49,391 nucleotides of DNA, from positions 1 through 49,391 of the forward strand of contig JAAPAO010000230.1 in NCBI GenBank assembly GCA_013115145.1, read 5' to 3'. The notes beneath the pieces were generated by a model. That model made no database searches. It was not told the origin of the DNA and saw only the letters and a program-made list of their open reading frames with translations. A program made the translations under genes and the position numbers. Positions within the stretch are counted from its first letter, which is position 1, and each line of letters begins with the position of its first letter. This document shows, one piece after another, positions 46,100 through 49,391 of the stretch. This DNA comes from Perkinsus chesapeaki ATCC PRA-425 (taxonomy: Eukaryota > Protista > Perkinsozoa).

Positions 46100-48600
46100 A
46101 TCGGCGAGAGAATCCTCCTTTTAACCGAGTAATGTTCGTTTGTCACTGCCAACCGTATCGTATGTACTTATGAGGGAAGACTTCACCCCGTGAAGCTCAC
46201 AGTATGATTTCCAAGCTTTAATTCACCGAGGGTGGATATTAATTTACTCTTAACGCCTGGCACGGATAAGTTCTATTGGTAAATGTGATCCTATTTCATC
46301 ACTCGCACATCATGGGCATTATTATACACCAAACACTTCACTTGAGTGGATGATCGATTGTCCCTGAGGATGACACGACGAAGTTAACCGCGAATGCTAC
46401 AGTGCACGAAGTTGCATGTACATTAGTTTTCAGAATCTGAATCGATGATGAACACAGTACGTATGTCACTGTAACAACTCAGGACAGATCATTTGTCCTT
46501 CGCAGTTAGTTTCTTGACAAACTTTGAATTTCATACCGCAGCGCGCTGCCCGGTGTTGATTGGGCACAACACATGTATCGAAGTGGCCCACTTGAAAAGG
46601 GTCCTCTGCGGTGAAGTCCACCAAAATTTTCCTTTTGAACTTCTTTCGCTGCTCATCTACTGACGGTGGTAATCCATCGACCACCGGGAATCGAGAGACC
46701 AGACCTGAAATAGAGTATTATCAGTTTATAGTAAGCGCGGCAAGCCCCTCGGTGATAGAAATCACTTCACTGTCACTGGTAATCTACCAAAGCATCAAAG
46801 ACTCCTTGTTCGCTTAATTATAGATTGTGTGGAGTAATTTCTAGCACTCAGGACAACGATTATGTCAATCCCACATGAATCAATTCATTGCCATCAAAAA
46901 TCCTTCAAGACTCGCCAATAGTAAACAGCTAACGCGATGTGAGCCTATATACATAATGCGGCTTGTTTCATACCTGTGCTGCCGTAGTTCTTCCCACCAG
47001 CGAAGTATTTATATCTTGCCCAGGAATATCCGGCAAACTGTGCCTGTGTGCCCGAGCCTAGTGCGTGCTTATGGGCCCACTTGTACGCTTCTATAGCCTG
47101 ATCGAGAGACGGTCTTGTTGAATCCTCGAATCGTGATCGACTTGGCGCATCTGGTCTTCAAAGACTCACCAGCCCTCATAAATACGAGTTCCCCGCAGGT
47201 GTTTCGGGAACAGAAGTATGCTAGGAATTTGGCTACTAGACATCTTCAAAGAGGACAAAATAGTAACTCATCGGTAACAGTCAGAAATCCTCTATTCTCT
47301 CCTTGCTTTCAAACCTTTGCTCAACGGGGGTTCAATTGAATATAAAAAATATCTTTTCAAGAGGTCTATGGAAGCTTTACTCTTTTCATTCCCGCAGTTG
47401 CTGGCTATCCTTACCGAACAAAAAAGTGCCTCAAACGGCTTTGTGGTAGAACGTCGCAGTTTTTACTCTCCGATGTTGCGGTCAAGAAATCAAGGCATCC
47501 GTGAAACAAGTGTAAATGCATACCACCGCAATCACGGTATAAGGCATCGTGAATTAAACCGTGACTGCGAGTTCACGCAAGTCATATGAGTTACTGACGT
47601 CATCAAGAACAGTATCATAGTTAAGTTCCTCTGCCGCTTTCTCAACAATCCGTTTCTTTCTCGCTAGAATCATCTTTGGTGGTAGGAGAATTGGGTCAGA
47701 TTCGCTTCGCATCTGAACTCGGATTGTCGTGCGAAATCGTTAGATCGCGCCAGCCTACTTCATACAAGTTTCTCATTCGGCAACTGTTGAAATGTTCGCA
47801 TTGATGTTTTGTGACATTGAACGGTCGCGAGAAGAATCGGTATCTTTCTTCGAAGTCACTGACGGTACACGTCATCAATTATCTCCTTGTATAAACTCGC
47901 ACTCTCGATCTTTTCGGGCGGCAACTTCTTCCTTTGTGAATCCTTCGTACCGAGATGGCATGACGAACTTGTTCGACTTTTTCTGCAAAAAAACAAGATA
48001 TGATTTTTTCTCGCACACTGTTATATCAGACTTCTCGACGAGAGGTTCCGAAAGGTCCCGTGCGAGAATCTCTTATGTGATATGAGCCCTACTTGTCGAG
48101 CCTGTTTTCCCGTTTTTGGAACATGAACCGATCCACTTGGGACCATCTCAGAGTAAGTCACGTATCTGATGCATAATGCCCGGAAGCCTACCTTGTCCAC
48201 CGAGCGCAGTAAGTACGCGGATGGGTGCGGGTTCATTTTTAAGAACGCCATAGGCATTCGAAAACGAGCAGTAGTATAGCGAATATAGGAAATAAGGAAT
48301 ATGAGCCTTTCTGAACCACGCCTACCACCGTAGGTCGTCTCTGATAAATTCCAGCCTATCTCAGTGGCATACCATTTCCGTACGGACCATATACACACGA
48401 CTTCCATCAACTTACTTGACAAGATCAAGATCTTCCGAATCTCCGTTTGCCACACGTGTCAAAGGCTCAACCCGCATGCCGGTCGTCTACAACAGAAAGT
48501 AATTGTTGGCGGCACTTCAGGCCTTACGGGCATTCGTGGCTTCTCAAGGTGGTTCTGCTCTTTACCAACGATTGCCTTCCAGAGCGTCTGAGCTCTGATA
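46100..48600 (-). mobile_element. Degenerate Ty3/gypsy pol relic (RT then integrase)
   Basis: TTYG..FRMPMAFLK resembles RT F.RMPFGL (about 48200-48350). HRGACRAYYKL..LYF..GL resembles the integrase zinc-binding segment, followed by frameshifted PFQVGHFD (46570-46780). The order RT to IN fits gypsy; many stops and frameshifts. Confidence 0.5.
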
Positions 48601-49391
48601 GGGTTGAACACTCTGCGATGGATCGATGAATAGCCGATGCTTTAGATCCTTTTACTTGCTGACTCCGGGAAGGATATCTCTGCTACCAGAGCCTCCTAGT
48701 GTAGCTTTCTTATTGTTATTATCTTTGGGAGTGGTCATTACGAGAGACAAAACTGGTCGAGCATTGCTGTAAGTTGCAAATGCTTTGGCTTAATCGCCTG
48801 ACTCCATGCTTTCCCGGAGGGATGGTCGAGCTGTATGGGATGACTCAACTATGGCAACATACAGGGAACATCTCGCTTCAGTGCAGACTTATACATCGGC
48901 ATGAACGGGACCCGAATCGTGATGTATCCAACTATCATTAATGCTTGGCTTTATTAGCACTAGTGGTGATACATGTAATATGACAACAAAGGCCATCCTT
49001 CGTCAGGGTAAATGTGTTTATAGACGGTTATCACCATTACTAGATCCGAGTCACTTACCCGCTCAATATTTTAGGGCGAGCGAGATTTACAAGCGCGTTT
49101 TCGTGAAACTGAAAGATATCCGGCTTGATGCGCGGTCGCGGGGTGAGAAGTGATGCAAGAAAGACGCAATAAGTCGTTCGCACGCCCGCTTGAAGGGTAA
49201 GTAGAGAGGCTAGCCGAGAAGGTGGAGAGTCGTAAAGCTGACAAAAGGTAAACCCGACGTTCCCTATCTCAGTAGCACACTCCTAATAGGGCTGACCGCG
49301 GTCGGCTAACGCCAGAATCCTCTAAATGAGTCGTAACGTTCATATAAACCCAACAATAAGTCATAGAATCTAATCTTACTAACTAATCTAG

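Noticed and set aside
1-49391. CRISPR arrays, rRNA, canonical snRNAs, exact SL copies
   Set aside because: None seen by eye; no regularly spaced repeat-spacer array and no hallmark motifs.

Overview
Eukaryotic, intron-rich DNA (mostly 34-60 nt GT-AG introns), inferred to be from a perkinsid alveolate (Perkinsus-like) from intron style and gene content; this is not proven. Genes reconstructed by hand-splicing: two paralogous secreted phytase-like (PF13449-type) proteins (1023-3013 -, 42108-44215 +), a divergent pair of 135-aa secreted paralogs, CFAP119/C1a-32, ARP6, an IQ-motif + neuralized (NHR)-like protein, three tandem intronless LEA_2-like membrane proteins, a C2HC zinc-finger gene, a LicD/fukutin-family protein, a two-RRM protein and DSS1/SEM1. 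There is also one tRNA-Arg(ACG) and decayed LTR-retrotransposon relics. Three patterns stand out. (1) tRNA sequence lies antisense inside spliceosomal introns three times, including a 48-nt intron that is essentially the reverse complement of a tRNA 3' half plus terminator, with both splice dinucleotides supplied by that sequence. (2) A spliced-leader-like 20-mer with its GT donor lies inside an intron. (3) There is a large excess of perfect inverted repeats with a 1-nt spacer (25 and 31 bp arms) flanked by shorter echo palindromes. Exon boundaries are manual predictions, not transcript-verified.
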